Origin: an uncultured Planctomycetota bacterium
Lineage (GTDB): Bacteria > Planctomycetota > Planctomycetia > Isosphaerales > Isosphaeraceae
Length of the DNA stretch: 64,000 bases
Reading direction: 5' to 3'
Assembly: GCA_963737655.1 (NCBI GenBank)
Contig: CAVTTN010000002.1
Coordinates: 1,984,001 to 2,048,000, forward strand
In this document: positions 30,200 to 40,462 of the stretch, in pieces
How positions within the stretch are numbered: the first letter of the stretch is position 1
Layout: the number at the start of each line of letters is the position of its first letter
The notes under the pieces: generated by a model
Told to the model about the DNA's origin: nothing
Database searches by the model: none
What the model saw: the letters and a program-made list of their open reading frames with translations, nothing else
Position numbers and translations under genes: made by a program

Positions 30200-31309
30200 T
30201 CAACCGCCGAGGGCCGCCAGGATGGCCCGGCCGACGTCCCTGGTCCCGGCCGAGCCGCCGAGGTCCGGCGTCCTGGGACCGCCGGGGGCGAGCGTCCTCG
30301 CCACGGCCCGGCGTAAGTCCTCGGCCGCCGAGGGACATTGCAGGTGATCGAGCATCATCGCCGCCGAGAGCACGGCCGCCACCGGGTTGGCCACCCCCCG
30401 GCCCGCGATGTCGGGCGCCGAGCCGTGGACCGGCTCGAACATGCTGGGGAACTCCCGGGTCGGGTTCAAATTGGCCGACGCCGCCAGGCCCATCCCCCCC
30501 TGGAGCACCGCCCCGAGGTCCGTCAGGATGTCGCCGAACATGTTCGTGGTGGCGATCACGTCGTACCGCTCGGGGTTGGTCACGAGTCTCATGCAGCAGG
30601 CATCGACGTGATTATAATCCGGCTTGATCTCGGGATAGTCACGAGAAACTTCGGTGAAGGCCCGCATCCAGAGGTCATGGGCGAACGTCAGGACGTTCGT
30701 CTTGGCCACCATCGTGACCTGCCCGCGCCTCCCCGAGTCCAGGTCGCTCGGCGAGAGCCCGGAGAAAGTCCGGGACCCGGCGCGCTTCCGGGCCAGATCG
30801 AAGGCGAACCGGAGGCACCGCTCGACCCCGGCCCGGGTGTTGATGGAGGTCTGGATCGCGACCTCCTCGGGCGTCCCCTTGCGAGTGAACCCGCCGGCGC
30901 CGACGTACAGGTCCTCGTTGTTCTCGCGGACGACCGTCAGGTCGATCTGCTCGGGCCCCTTGCCCTTGATGGGCGTCTCGACCCCGGGGTAGAGCTTCAC
31001 GGGCCGCAGGTTGATGTATTGATGGAACTCGAAGCGGATCTTCAGCAGGAGGCCCTTTTCCAGGACGCCCGGCGGGACGCGGGGATCGCCCACGGCGCCG
31101 AGATAGAGGGCGTCGCACCGCTTGAGATCGTCGAGGACCGGGTCGGGCAGGACCTCCCCCGTCTTGAGGAACCGTTCGGCCCCCAGGTCGAACGGGACGA
31201 GCTCGATCGGCAGGCCGTGGCGGCGGGCGACGACCTCCAGGGCGGCAAGCCCCTCGCGGACGACCTCCGGCCCGACCCCATCCCCGGCGATGACCCCAAC
31301 TTTCGGCAC
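30200..31309 (-). CDS. leuB: 3-isopropylmalate dehydrogenase
   Basis: GTG start; GDGVGPEV, GAVGDP, INLRP, VRENNE, NMFGDILTDL, FEPVHGSAPDIAG. Confidence 0.85.
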   Translation of the reverse strand: MPKVGVIAGDGVGPEVVREGLAALEVVARRHGLPIELVPFDLGAERFLKTGEVLPDPVLDDLKRCDALYLGAVGDPRVPPGVLEKGLLLKIRFEFHQYINLRPVKLYPGVETPIKGKGPEQIDLTVVRENNEDLYVGAGGFTRKGTPEEVAIQTSINTRAGVERCLRFAFDLARKRAGSRTFSGLSPSDLDSGRRGQVTMVAKTNVLTFAHDLWMRAFTEVSRDYPEIKPDYNHVDACCMRLVTNPERYDVIATTNMFGDILTDLGAVLQGGMGLAASANLNPTREFPSMFEPVHGSAPDIAGRGVANPVAAVLSAAMMLDHLQCPSAAEDLRRAVARTLAPGGPRTPDLGGSAGTRDVGRAILAALGG

Positions 31310-31614
31310 GTCCGCATCCCCCTCGATTTCTCGGGGCCGCGGCGACCCGGTTTGGGAGTCACCGCCGGCCCACCGCCGCGTAGAGCCGATTGTAAAGGGA
31401 CAACCGGCGGTCGGCAAGCGTCGCGGAGGGCGGTTCGGGCGTGGACCGGGGCCGCTTCCTTTTCGGGAGATCCCTCGGCCGGGAGCGTTTTGGTCGGCGA
31501 GGGTCCCGTCTTCGGGACCCTCGGGGCGTCCGTCTCGGGTCTTGAAGACGGAACCCTTGCCGCCCGAAACGCTTCCGAAGAATCGTCTACCGAGGAGGAA
31601 AGGGGCCTGGGGCG

Positions 31615-31642
31615 TTGACAAACGCGATCCAAACTCAATACT
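31615..31642 (+). promoter_or_regulatory. Candidate sigma70 promoter for the kinase gene
   Basis: Perfect TTGACA (31615-31620), 16 nt spacer, AATACT in an AT-rich patch. Confidence 0.4.
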
Positions 31643-31766
31643 AAGATGGGGAGACCCCGCGCGGCCCGTCACACGTCTTTGCGGGCCGCGCCTCCCCGCG
31701 ACCATCCCGGCCGCGACCGTTCCTCGCCCGACCGCTCGGATCGCCCGTCACCCGGGAGACGGCTTC

Positions 31767-33203
31767 ATGGCCACCTCCGTCGAGAGCACCCCCCCCGCGA
31801 AGGACGCCCCCGCGTCGTCGCCGACGCCCGCCGACCCGGCCCCGAAGGCCGCCGCCAGGCCCCCCGCGCCCGCTCCCGCCAAGGGCGATCCCAAGGCCAG
31901 GAGCGACGTGAAGGCCAAGAGCGACGTCAAGGGCCTCTCCGCGCTCGACGAGGCCAACCTCGAACGCACCGTGATCCGTCGCGGACTGGTCACCCTCGCC
32001 GAGGTCGAGCACTGCAAGGCCCAGCGCGCCAAGCTCGCGGCCTCCAACAAGGAGCAGTCCCCCAGCCTCTTGGAGGTCATGGTCGCCGCCAAGGCCCTGA
32101 CCGCCAGCCAGGCCCGCCGCGTCTTGCAGGAAGTCGGCGGCGACGGCGAGCGCAAGCTGGAGATCCCCGGATATCAGATCCTGGAGAAGATCGGCAAGGG
32201 CTCGATGGGCCTGGTGTACAAAGCCAAGCAGACGAGCGTCGATCGCGTGGTGGCGGTGAAGGTTTTGTTGAACGCCCTGGCGTCGAACAAGGAGTTCATC
32301 AAGAGGTTCGACCGCGAGGCCAAGATCGCCGCCAAGCTCTCGCACAACAACATCGTCAACGCCATCGACGCCGGAGAGGTCTCCGGCCACTTCTTCTTCG
32401 TGATGGAGTACATCGAGGGCGAGACGATCAAGGACCTCCTGGAAAGGGGCAAGATCTTCGACGAGAAGATCGCGCTGAAGATCGTCCTGGCCATCGCCGA
32501 GGCCCTGAAGCACGCCCACCAACGCGGGTTGATCCACCGCGACGTGAAGCCCGAGAACGTGATCCTCACCAAGGACGGCAACGTCAAGCTCGCCGACCTC
32601 GGGCTCGCCCGCCCCACGGCCGACGAGAAATGGGCCATGAGCGAGGCCGGGATGGCCATCGGCACCCCGTATTACATCAGCCCCGAGCAGGTCCGAGGCC
32701 AGGTGGACGTGGACATCCGGGCCGACATCTACGGCCTCGGCGCCACCCTGTACCACATGGTCACCGGCCAGGTCCCGTACACCGGCGACACGCCGAACGA
32801 GGTCATGAAGAAGCACGTGGACAAGAACTGCGTGCTCACGCCGCCGGACCACCTCAACACCCGGCTTTCCAGCGGGCTGGGCGAGGTGGTCGAGACGATG
32901 ATGGCCAAGAACCGCGAGAACCGCTACCGGAACCCGGACGACCTGATCCTCGACCTCAAATGCCTCCTCCAGGGCGAGAGGCCGATGATCGCCGACCAGA
33001 AGGCCGACGCCCTCTCCAACCTCGCCGAAGGGGACTTCGACGAGCCCGCCGAGCCCAGCCGAGGGGGAGGCGGCCACGTCTCCGAGGTCGAAAAGATGGA
33101 GATGGCCGCGCTCGTCAACTCCCGATCGAACCTGATCGCCGCCCTGGCGATCCTGCTCGGCCTCTCGGTGGTGACGAATGTGCTGTTCCTGGTCATCAAG
33201 TAG
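31767..33203 (+). CDS. Ser/Thr protein kinase with C-terminal TM helix
   Basis: GKGSMG, VAVK, HRDVKPEN, DLGLA, GTPYYISPEQ. Confidence 0.95.
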   Translation: MATSVESTPPAKDAPASSPTPADPAPKAAARPPAPAPAKGDPKARSDVKAKSDVKGLSALDEANLERTVIRRGLVTLAEVEHCKAQRAKLAASNKEQSPSLLEVMVAAKALTASQARRVLQEVGGDGERKLEIPGYQILEKIGKGSMGLVYKAKQTSVDRVVAVKVLLNALASNKEFIKRFDREAKIAAKLSHNNIVNAIDAGEVSGHFFFVMEYIEGETIKDLLERGKIFDEKIALKIVLAIAEALKHAHQRGLIHRDVKPENVILTKDGNVKLADLGLARPTADEKWAMSEAGMAIGTPYYISPEQVRGQVDVDIRADIYGLGATLYHMVTGQVPYTGDTPNEVMKKHVDKNCVLTPPDHLNTRLSSGLGEVVETMMAKNRENRYRNPDDLILDLKCLLQGERPMIADQKADALSNLAEGDFDEPAEPSRGGGGHVSEVEKMEMAALVNSRSNLIAALAILLGLSVVTNVLFLVIK

Positions 33204-33768
33204 GAGGAAGCCGCCCCGACGCTTCAAGGGAGCACGACCCGGACTCGGATAGAGTCGCGGGAGCGAGGCCGGAAGGTCGAATCCCCGGGCTCAATCCTTC
33301 CATTCAAATTTCCCGTTGTTGATCTGGGCCATCGTGATCATGTCCGCGGTAAACCCGAAGGCCACATCCGTGATCTGGGTCTTGAACGCCGCGAGGGGCG
33401 GATCGCTCTGGACGTGGCCGATGATCTGGAGCAGGCAGTAGGGCCGGGTGTCCTTCTTGCTCTCCAGCGGCCAGTTTTTCTTGATGAGGCCGTCAAGCGC
33501 GCGGGCGGCCTCCACCTTAGGGTTGTCCCCGATGATCTCGAGCTTCGTCGGAACGGTCTTCAGGTGGGATACGGTCGTGGTAACATTGACGCCGCACATG
33601 GTCAGGAGCGTCTGCCTGATGCCGAGAGGCCCTCGCGTCACGATGTTCTGATAGACATACATCACCGAGGTTGGAAGGCGCCTCTCGTCGCTGATGGGCA
33701 GGGCGCTGCGCTTCGCCTCGTCGGTTACGTGAGCGAGGCCGAGGAAGATCATCTGGACCTCGCCCTTA

Positions 33769-34711
33769 GAAACTATCTCAGAACCCAAGGCCATTCGGCT
33801 TCGTAACTTGAGGTGTAGAGGTCACCTCAGGAGAAGCAGCCGTGGGACGGACGAAGCGTCAGATCAAGCCTCTGGAGACCATCTGGGAGGTCCCCGACCG
33901 CCTCTGGCGGAGGATCGAGCCGATCCTCCTGGAGGACGCCCCTCCGCCGCCCAAGGAGCACGGCGGCCGGCCCCGCATCGACTTCCGGGCCGCCTTCAAC
34001 GGGATCATCTTCCGCCTCCGCAGCGGATGCCAGTGGAACCGGTTGCCCAAAGAGTTCGGCGACGACAGCTCGGTGCACCGATGGTTCCAGCGGTGGTGCA
34101 GGAACGGCGTCTTCGAGAAGGTGTGGGCCGTGCTGGTCGGGGAGTGTGAGGAGCTCGGGGCGGTCCAGTGGAAGTGGCAGGCGGCCGACGGGATGCTGGG
34201 CAAGGCCCGGTTCGGGGGGGAAAAGACGGGCAAGAACCCCACCGATCGGGGCAAGAAGGGGACCAAGAAGAGCGTGCTGGTCGATCAGGACGGCGGCCCG
34301 CTGGGGGCGACGATCGCCGGGGCCAACGTCCCCGATTGCAAGCTGCTGGATGAGACGATCGAGGCCGTGGTGGTCGATCGGCCCGATCCCGAAAAGGTCG
34401 AGCAGAACCTCTGCCTGGACGCCGGGTACGACAACCCGAGTGGGCGTGCGGCGGTCGAGAAGCATGGCTACGTCGGCCACATCCGCCCGGTGTACGAGGA
34501 CCGGCGGCCGAAGAGGAGGCGGGGTCGTCGCAAGGCCCGCCGCTGGGTCGTCGAGCGGACGCTGTCCTGGCTGTCGAGGTGCCGGGCGTTGTTGGTCCGC
34601 TACGACAAGCATGCGGAGAACTACCTGGGCCTGCTCCAGTTGGCCTGTGGCCTGCTCTGGTATCGCAGGCTTCACAGACTCAAGGCTGCATGACGGTTCT
34701 GAGATAATTTC
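33769..34711 (+). mobile_element. IS5-family insertion sequence (943 bp)
   Basis: 17-bp terminal inverted repeats GAAACTATCTCAGAACC / GGTTCTGAGATAATTTC (one mismatch); TTA target duplication at 33766-33768 and 34712-34714. Confidence 0.95.
33842..34693 (+). CDS. IS5-family DDE transposase
   Basis: W..IEP.L, GGRPR, LRSGCQW..LP, D(G), K..VLVD..G.PL, LDAGYD, RWVVERTLSWL..R.L..RYD. Confidence 0.95.
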   Translation: MGRTKRQIKPLETIWEVPDRLWRRIEPILLEDAPPPPKEHGGRPRIDFRAAFNGIIFRLRSGCQWNRLPKEFGDDSSVHRWFQRWCRNGVFEKVWAVLVGECEELGAVQWKWQAADGMLGKARFGGEKTGKNPTDRGKKGTKKSVLVDQDGGPLGATIAGANVPDCKLLDETIEAVVVDRPDPEKVEQNLCLDAGYDNPSGRAAVEKHGYVGHIRPVYEDRRPKRRRGRRKARRWVVERTLSWLSRCRALLVRYDKHAENYLGLLQLACGLLWYRRLHRLKAA

Positions 34712-35563
34712 TTATTGTCCCCGACGAGTTTGACGCATCGCTGCATGTTCGCGGTCAGATCCTCCTTGCCCATGGAGATCGCCAGGTCATAGAAATCGGT
34801 CATCGTCTCGGCCTCGATCTGGGCGGTCATCCTGCCGTGCGCGACGATGTCGTGCAGTTCCTTGGACCCCTTGGCGGCATCGAACCGGTCTTTTCTCACG
34901 GCGTTGTAGGATTCAAATAAGAAACCATCCACAAGGTCATCGACGTCTTTCGCCTCCCCAGTATGGGGCAACGTGATCGTGTTGGCCTCGGATTCGAAGT
35001 GAGCCGTGTCGCCAAGGGTCAGCGTCGCGGCGCGGGTTTCGAGCACGTTGACGACGTGCTTGGCCAGCTCGGGGTAGTTGGTCGTCAGTTTGTCCATCCC
35101 AAGGACGGCGCCTGTGCACTGCAAACAGGCTTTGATCGTGCCCTTGTGCGCGGCCGCCAACGCTTGCTCGAATGCGCTGGACATGTTGATTTCTGCCAGA
35201 GTGTAGAATTGATCGATCCTTGGAATGCGGCCGAGGTTATCACCGCCCGGCGTCTCCGTCAAGGATGCGTCCGCCACGCGAAGGGGAGCCCCGCCACGAG
35301 CTTCATCCTCTCGGCTCGAGCGGCTTTTCCACAGCGTCAAGAAGGGGACGGGAAGCGATCCCGCAGTGATCGAGGGCGAAGGCTTCAGGCGATGCCCGCG
35401 ACGATCGCCGATCAGGCCGCCGGACGGACGAATCTTATCGCTGCACTCCACGGAGCGGCCGGGCCCATCGCCGACTCGATCCCAAAGCGAGAGCCTCAGC
35501 CCGCGTTCCCCAGACTATGGCGTGGGTCGTCTTCGAGGATCTCAAATCGTCGCGAAGATTCGA

Positions 35564-36247
35564 TCAGGGGCGAAGTCGAGGGAGGAGCTCGGCCCGGACC
35601 CAGGCCCGAACGCGGCGGGCCCGGGCGTTGTCGTCGATCTCTCGATCCTCCAGCCAGGGGACGACGTCCTCCGGGCGGACCGGCAGGAATCGGCTTTCGC
35701 TCACAACTTCATATCGGCCGTCGCCCCTCAGCCCTTCGAACACGAGCCGCTTGCCGTTGTACCTCCAGACCTCCGCGACACCCAGGGCGGCGTAGATCGA
35801 GGGGCGATCCAGGGCGCTGGGGCTGAGGTCAATCTCGATGGAGAGGTCCGGCGGCGGATAGTCCTCGGCATCGTTGACCTTTCGATCCATCAGGTCGCGG
35901 GCGGTCTCCATCTTGGCCACCGTCAGATAATAGCACTCATCGGATTCGATCCCTCGTCCCGCCTCCTCTCGGTCCCAGGTGGTCGAACCCAGGCCGAGGA
36001 GCGGGAGGCCGAGCTCCTCCGTGAGAATCTCGACCAACCGATCCAATCGCCCCTTCCCGTCTTCGTGGATCGGTCCGGGTGACATCAGTTCCAGGTCCCC
36101 TCGATCGTAAGCCATCAGGACCCGGCGCCGCGGATCGGCCCTGGAGAGCTGCTGGTACAGGTCCCAGGAAATCCCCCGGAGGAGGATGCGCGTCTCGCCC
36201 GTTGGGGCGGTCTTCGAGATCCGGGGCGACTCGGTGACGGTGGCCAA
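35564..36247 (-). CDS. Uma2 (DUF820) family endonuclease
   Basis: LELMSPGPIHE, GIESDECYY, PPPDLSIEID, IYAALGVAEVWRY. Confidence 0.92.
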   Translation of the reverse strand: MATVTESPRISKTAPTGETRILLRGISWDLYQQLSRADPRRRVLMAYDRGDLELMSPGPIHEDGKGRLDRLVEILTEELGLPLLGLGSTTWDREEAGRGIESDECYYLTVAKMETARDLMDRKVNDAEDYPPPDLSIEIDLSPSALDRPSIYAALGVAEVWRYNGKRLVFEGLRGDGRYEVVSESRFLPVRPEDVVPWLEDREIDDNARARRVRAWVRAELLPRLRP

Positions 36248-36272
36248 CGGCGGATTCTCCTCGAAGCAAGGA

Positions 36273-36947
36273 TCAGCGGGGCCGGGGGCCCAGCTCGTCC
36301 CGGACCCATTCGCGGAGCCGGAGCGTCCAGGCCTTGAAGTCCATCGTGCCGACCTTCCCGAGCCAGAGGGCCACGTCCTCGGGGCGGACGGGCAGGAATC
36401 GGCTCCTGTCCGACGGGCGATGGGTGCCGTCGGGGCCGAGGCTCAGGAACTCGACGCCCTCCTCGTCGGCCTTCCAGACCTCCGGCACGCGGAGCGCCGC
36501 ATAGATCGCCAACTTGTTCAGCAGGGCATGCGTGATCTCGACCTCCACGGCGAGGTCGGGCAACGGGTCGTCGTCGCGGTCGGGGCCCCGGCCCGCGAAG
36601 CTCGCTAGCTTCTCGGGGTCGAAGTAGTAGCATTGATCGGCTTCGAGGCCACGAGCGAGAGCCTCGCGCCTCCATCGCGTCTCGCCGAACGCCTCGAACG
36701 CCGCGATGTCGTCGAGGCCGATGCTCACTTCCTCAATGAACTGGCCGGCGTAGATCTTTACCCATTCGTGGAGCGGACCGGGGCTCATGATTTCCAGCAT
36801 CCCCCGGTCGTAGCTCAGGCGGGCGTGTCCATCGCCGAGGTCGGAGCAGAGGGCCTCGTAGGTCGCCCAGGAGATCCCTTCCAGGAGGACGCGGCGCTCG
36901 GCGATCCCGGGGTCTCGGGCGACTCGGGGCGGCTCGATCGCGGCCAT
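36273..36947 (-). CDS. Uma2 (DUF820) family endonuclease
   Basis: LEIMSPGPLHE, GLEADQCYY, PDLAVEVEI, IYAALRVPEVW. Confidence 0.92.
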   Translation of the reverse strand: MAAIEPPRVARDPGIAERRVLLEGISWATYEALCSDLGDGHARLSYDRGMLEIMSPGPLHEWVKIYAGQFIEEVSIGLDDIAAFEAFGETRWRREALARGLEADQCYYFDPEKLASFAGRGPDRDDDPLPDLAVEVEITHALLNKLAIYAALRVPEVWKADEEGVEFLSLGPDGTHRPSDRSRFLPVRPEDVALWLGKVGTMDFKAWTLRLREWVRDELGPRPR

Positions 36948-37071
36948 CGCTCCTCCGAGGGGTCGGGAAATGCGAGGGGCCGAGGCCGCCGCCGGGCCTC
37001 CGCGTGGGGGCGGGTCGGCGAGGGCTTCGGCCCCGGGGAGTTCGTTGTGCCTCGTCTCGTCTCGTCTCGGC

Positions 37072-37383
37072 TCAATTCTCGCTGAAATTCATGAGCTTGT
37101 GGAGGCCGCGGTTCAGGGGGTCCTTGATGAACCGGCCGTGGCATTCGGGGCAGAGATCGAAACGGAACCCTTTGAAGGCGGGTGCGTCTAAGTCGGGGGA
37201 GGCGCCTTCGGCTTCCTCGCGGCGGAGGAGCTCGGAGATGGCCTCCATGTGGTCGTCGTCGAGGTCTTCTTCGGCGATCTGGTTGGGGTCGAAGCCGGCA
37301 TAGGCCGCGATCTTGACCACGTACCGGGGGTCGCCGGCGGCGGTCAGGTCCTTGCCGCACAGATCACACGTGAAGTGGACCAT
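37072..37383 (-). CDS. Small putative Zn-binding protein
   Basis: CDLCGK ... FDLCPEC flanking an acidic middle. Confidence 0.8.
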   Translation of the reverse strand: MVHFTCDLCGKDLTAAGDPRYVVKIAAYAGFDPNQIAEEDLDDDHMEAISELLRREEAEGASPDLDAPAFKGFRFDLCPECHGRFIKDPLNRGLHKLMNFSEN

Positions 37384-39754
37384 CAGCGTCGCGTCCTTCA
37401 GCGGAGGGGAGGGCCGGTGGAGAGCGGGGGTCTCGAAGGTCGATTCTAACCCGTCGCGTCGGGGCGATCCAAGACGGCGGGGCCGGTTTTCGCCGCCTGG
37501 ACAGGAGCATCCCCGCGACCGCCGCCAGCGCCGTCAGGGACACGACCGAGGCGATTCTGACCTCGATCGGGTCGTAGAGGAACACCAGCCGCCGGGACCC
37601 GGGCGGGGCCTCGACGGAGACGAACGTCCCGAGATACGGGCGGACTTCGGCCGGTCGGCCGTCGATCGTCGCTCGCCATCCGGGGTCGTAGGTCTCGGCG
37701 ACCCATCTAACTTCGCCGCGATCGTCCCCGAGGTCAACCCGGATCTCACCCGGTTCGCGCGATGTCCACCGCGGGGCGAGCGAGCCGAGGCGGGCGATCC
37801 ACACCGCGCCGACCCGATCGACCCGATCGAAAACCCCTTCGGGCGGCGGGCTCGCGCCCACGATCGCCACCACGCCCGCGAGCCTCAAACGCTCGCGGGC
37901 CCGGACGATCCCACTCCAGGTGATCGTCCGCCGGCTGGTGTGCGACGGCCGATCCGGCTCGGGCTCATACATCGATTCGAACCAGGCGAGACTCCGGCCC
38001 GATTCCACCGAATCATAGTTCCGGCAATCGGCCAGGCCGTACCTCATCAGGAGGTTCGGCGGCATCTCGGCGCCCACGGAGACGATCCTCGCCGGGGGCG
38101 CGGCCTCTCGTTTCAGGTACGCGATCGCGGCGGAATCGGGCCGGTCGTCCTCGCGGGGGATCGACGGGTTCAGCTCGAACCCGAAGGCGAAGAGGTCGAT
38201 CAAGGTCAGGGCGAGTAGCGCGGCCCTCGCCCGATCGGGGGCGAGTCGGCCTCGTCGCAACGCCTCGGCCAATCCGGCCAGCCCGATCAGGTGGGCCGCC
38301 GCGATCGCGTAATACGCCGGCAGGATCGTCGAGGCGGCGCGGGCCTGGCGGAGGGCGCGGCCCCGGAATTCGCCGGGATCGGCCCCGGGCGTCCGGGACG
38401 CGGCGGCCTCGTAGTGGCCGATCGCCTCGGCTCTCAGGCGAGGGCCCAGCGCGACGAGCCCTCCCGCCGCGACGACCAGCCCCGCCGCCGCGACGACCCA
38501 CGAGCGTGTCCACCACCGCCAGGCCCGCGACCCGGATCGGTCCTCGATCGCGTCGAGCCCCATCCCGCCCAGGAGGACCAGGCCGAAGGCGACCCACAGG
38601 GTCAACCGGCGGTTGTCCGCCACGTCCAGGACCGGCACGATCCTCAGGAGGTTCGACACCGGCGGGACCCCAAACGCCCCGAGTGCACCGAAGACCGTCA
38701 GGAACGCCAGGAATCGCGCCCGGCGATCGGCCCGGTTTTTTCGCCAGCCCAGGGGGGCGAGCCAGACGAGCGAGGCCAGCCCGGCGAACCCTCCGGCCGA
38801 TTCGTTCAGGTTGTTCACGCCGACGGCCTTGGCCACGTTCGGATGCCCTCGCCTCTGGCTCCCGAAGGCGTAGGGCAGGGCGGTGCAAACCGCATCCAGG
38901 AGCCGAGGCCGACCGACGGCCAAAACCGGCGGGGTCTCGGCCCGGCGGTCCGACCAGACGGGACTCCTCGACAGGTAGAATCCCAGGGGAATGACCTCGA
39001 TCGACGCCAGGGCGATCCCGAGGACGATGCCCAGCGACCATCGCGCCGAGGGCTTGATCCCGCTCCATCGCCACAACGCATAGAGGCCGCCGGAGAGGAG
39101 GACGTGGGCGCTGGTCTGGACGTGTCCGCCCAGCAAGACGCCGCCGACGACGATCGCCAGGCCGCCCACCCGTCGCCAGCCTGGGCGATCGAGGACGCCG
39201 TCGGTGGCCAGCAAGAGCCAGGGCATCCACGCGGCGGCGCTGGCCACCGGGTAGAGCAGCCAGGCCACGAGGAATCCGCTCACAGGGAAGGCCAGCCCGG
39301 CGAAGGTCCGGCCCCATCGGCCGAGCTTCCAGGATCGCGCGAGGAGGTACATGCCCATCCCCGCGACCCAGAGCCTCGAAAAGGCGACCCAGGCCCAGGC
39401 GTCCGGCAATCGGCCGAGGGAGGCGACGATCAGGAACGGGTCGAAGACCGCGCTCTGGCCGTTGGCCAGGTGGGGCGCCCCGCAACCGCTCTTCGGGTTC
39501 CACAAGGGGAGCCGGCCTCGCCGGAGTTCGGCTCGATTGAACTCGACCCACGGCGCGAACTGGAGGACCGGGTCCATCAGGAGCCGATTGGACGGCTCGA
39601 ACGACCCGCCTCGCCCGTCCGCGAAGCTCGCCGAGGCGAACACCACGTCTCCCGGCGACAGGACCATCCCCCCCACGAGCGATCGGCCCAGGAAGAGGGC
39701 GAGGATCGCCGTGAGCAGCGCCGAGAAGACGGCGAGTTCGCGCCGAGGGGTCAT
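37364..39754 (-). CDS. YfhO-like GT-C membrane glycosyltransferase
   Basis: G.LPLWNP..GCGAP.LAN.QS, many TM helices, GGHVQT, C-terminal YDPGWRATIDG. Confidence 0.85.
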   Translation of the reverse strand: MTPRRELAVFSALLTAILALFLGRSLVGGMVLSPGDVVFASASFADGRGGSFEPSNRLLMDPVLQFAPWVEFNRAELRRGRLPLWNPKSGCGAPHLANGQSAVFDPFLIVASLGRLPDAWAWVAFSRLWVAGMGMYLLARSWKLGRWGRTFAGLAFPVSGFLVAWLLYPVASAAAWMPWLLLATDGVLDRPGWRRVGGLAIVVGGVLLGGHVQTSAHVLLSGGLYALWRWSGIKPSARWSLGIVLGIALASIEVIPLGFYLSRSPVWSDRRAETPPVLAVGRPRLLDAVCTALPYAFGSQRRGHPNVAKAVGVNNLNESAGGFAGLASLVWLAPLGWRKNRADRRARFLAFLTVFGALGAFGVPPVSNLLRIVPVLDVADNRRLTLWVAFGLVLLGGMGLDAIEDRSGSRAWRWWTRSWVVAAAGLVVAAGGLVALGPRLRAEAIGHYEAAASRTPGADPGEFRGRALRQARAASTILPAYYAIAAAHLIGLAGLAEALRRGRLAPDRARAALLALTLIDLFAFGFELNPSIPREDDRPDSAAIAYLKREAAPPARIVSVGAEMPPNLLMRYGLADCRNYDSVESGRSLAWFESMYEPEPDRPSHTSRRTITWSGIVRARERLRLAGVVAIVGASPPPEGVFDRVDRVGAVWIARLGSLAPRWTSREPGEIRVDLGDDRGEVRWVAETYDPGWRATIDGRPAEVRPYLGTFVSVEAPPGSRRLVFLYDPIEVRIASVVSLTALAAVAGMLLSRRRKPAPPSWIAPTRRVRIDLRDPRSPPALPSAEGRDADGPLHV

Positions 39755-39936
39755 TTCGGGGTCCTTCCCGAAGGAGATGGGCCGGAATCCGACCGGCCCG
39801 GGCGCAGGGTAGGGCCGGGCCCGGGGCTTGTCAAGCGTCGTCGATCGCTCGCCGGGATTGACGAGCGGACGGCTCGGGCCCCATCATCTCTTCAGGAGCG
39901 ACGACCGCCCTTCCCCGACCGATCGGAGCGTGCTTC

Positions 39937-40251
39937 GTGGTGACCGTGGGCATGTACTACGACGTGATCCCCGACAAGGCCGAGCTGTTCACGACCAAGT
40001 TCCGCGAGGTCATCGCCCTCCTGGACACGATGGCGGGGCACAAGGCGACCTACCTGTATCAGAGGGTGGACGACCCGTTCTCGTTCGCCGTCCTGAGCGA
40101 GTGGGACGACCGGCAGGCGTTCGTGGACTTCGTCAGCTCGGAGACGTTCCGCCAGGTGACCTCCTGGGGCCGGGAGCAGGTCCTGCGCAACCCCCCGAAG
40201 CACAAGATCTACCCCCGGAGCGAGGACATGGGCCGACCCTCGACGTCGTGA
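39937..40251 (+). CDS. Antibiotic biosynthesis monooxygenase (ABM) family protein
   Basis: Ferredoxin-like ABM pattern: F...F...GH..T.L...F.VLSEW...AF..FV.S..F. Confidence 0.8.
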   Translation: MVTVGMYYDVIPDKAELFTTKFREVIALLDTMAGHKATYLYQRVDDPFSFAVLSEWDDRQAFVDFVSSETFRQVTSWGREQVLRNPPKHKIYPRSEDMGRPSTS

Positions 40252-40462
40252 GGGTGGGGTCGATCGGCCCGAAAAGACTCGCGTTGTCAAATTCGACCGT
40301 GACGACTAGAGTCAATGGACCGATCGCCGGCACGGATGACGGCTCGGGCCTCGCGCCGATGCCCCGCCCTTTCTCCGGCCGGTCGTCTCGACCCGCACCC
40401 GGCCGAGCCGTCGTCCCCGACGGCCCCTCCCCACCTGACCCCAGCCTCGGAGCGTCGCGCCC

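Larger units (their letters stand above)
33291..35184 (-). pseudogene. Hypothetical 315-aa gene interrupted by an IS5-family element
   Basis: Removing 33769-34711 plus one TTA joins 35184-34712 to 33765-33291 in frame (...VGDN-K-GEVQMIF...), 948 nt. Confidence 0.85.

Noticed and set aside
35564..36947. Tandem Uma2 genes as a restriction or toxin-antitoxin system
   Set aside because: No methylase or antitoxin is present; Uma2 paralogue expansions are common in this group.
37051..37072. (CTCGT)n microsatellite as a phase-variation switch
   Set aside because: Only about four units, intergenic, with no evident promoter context.
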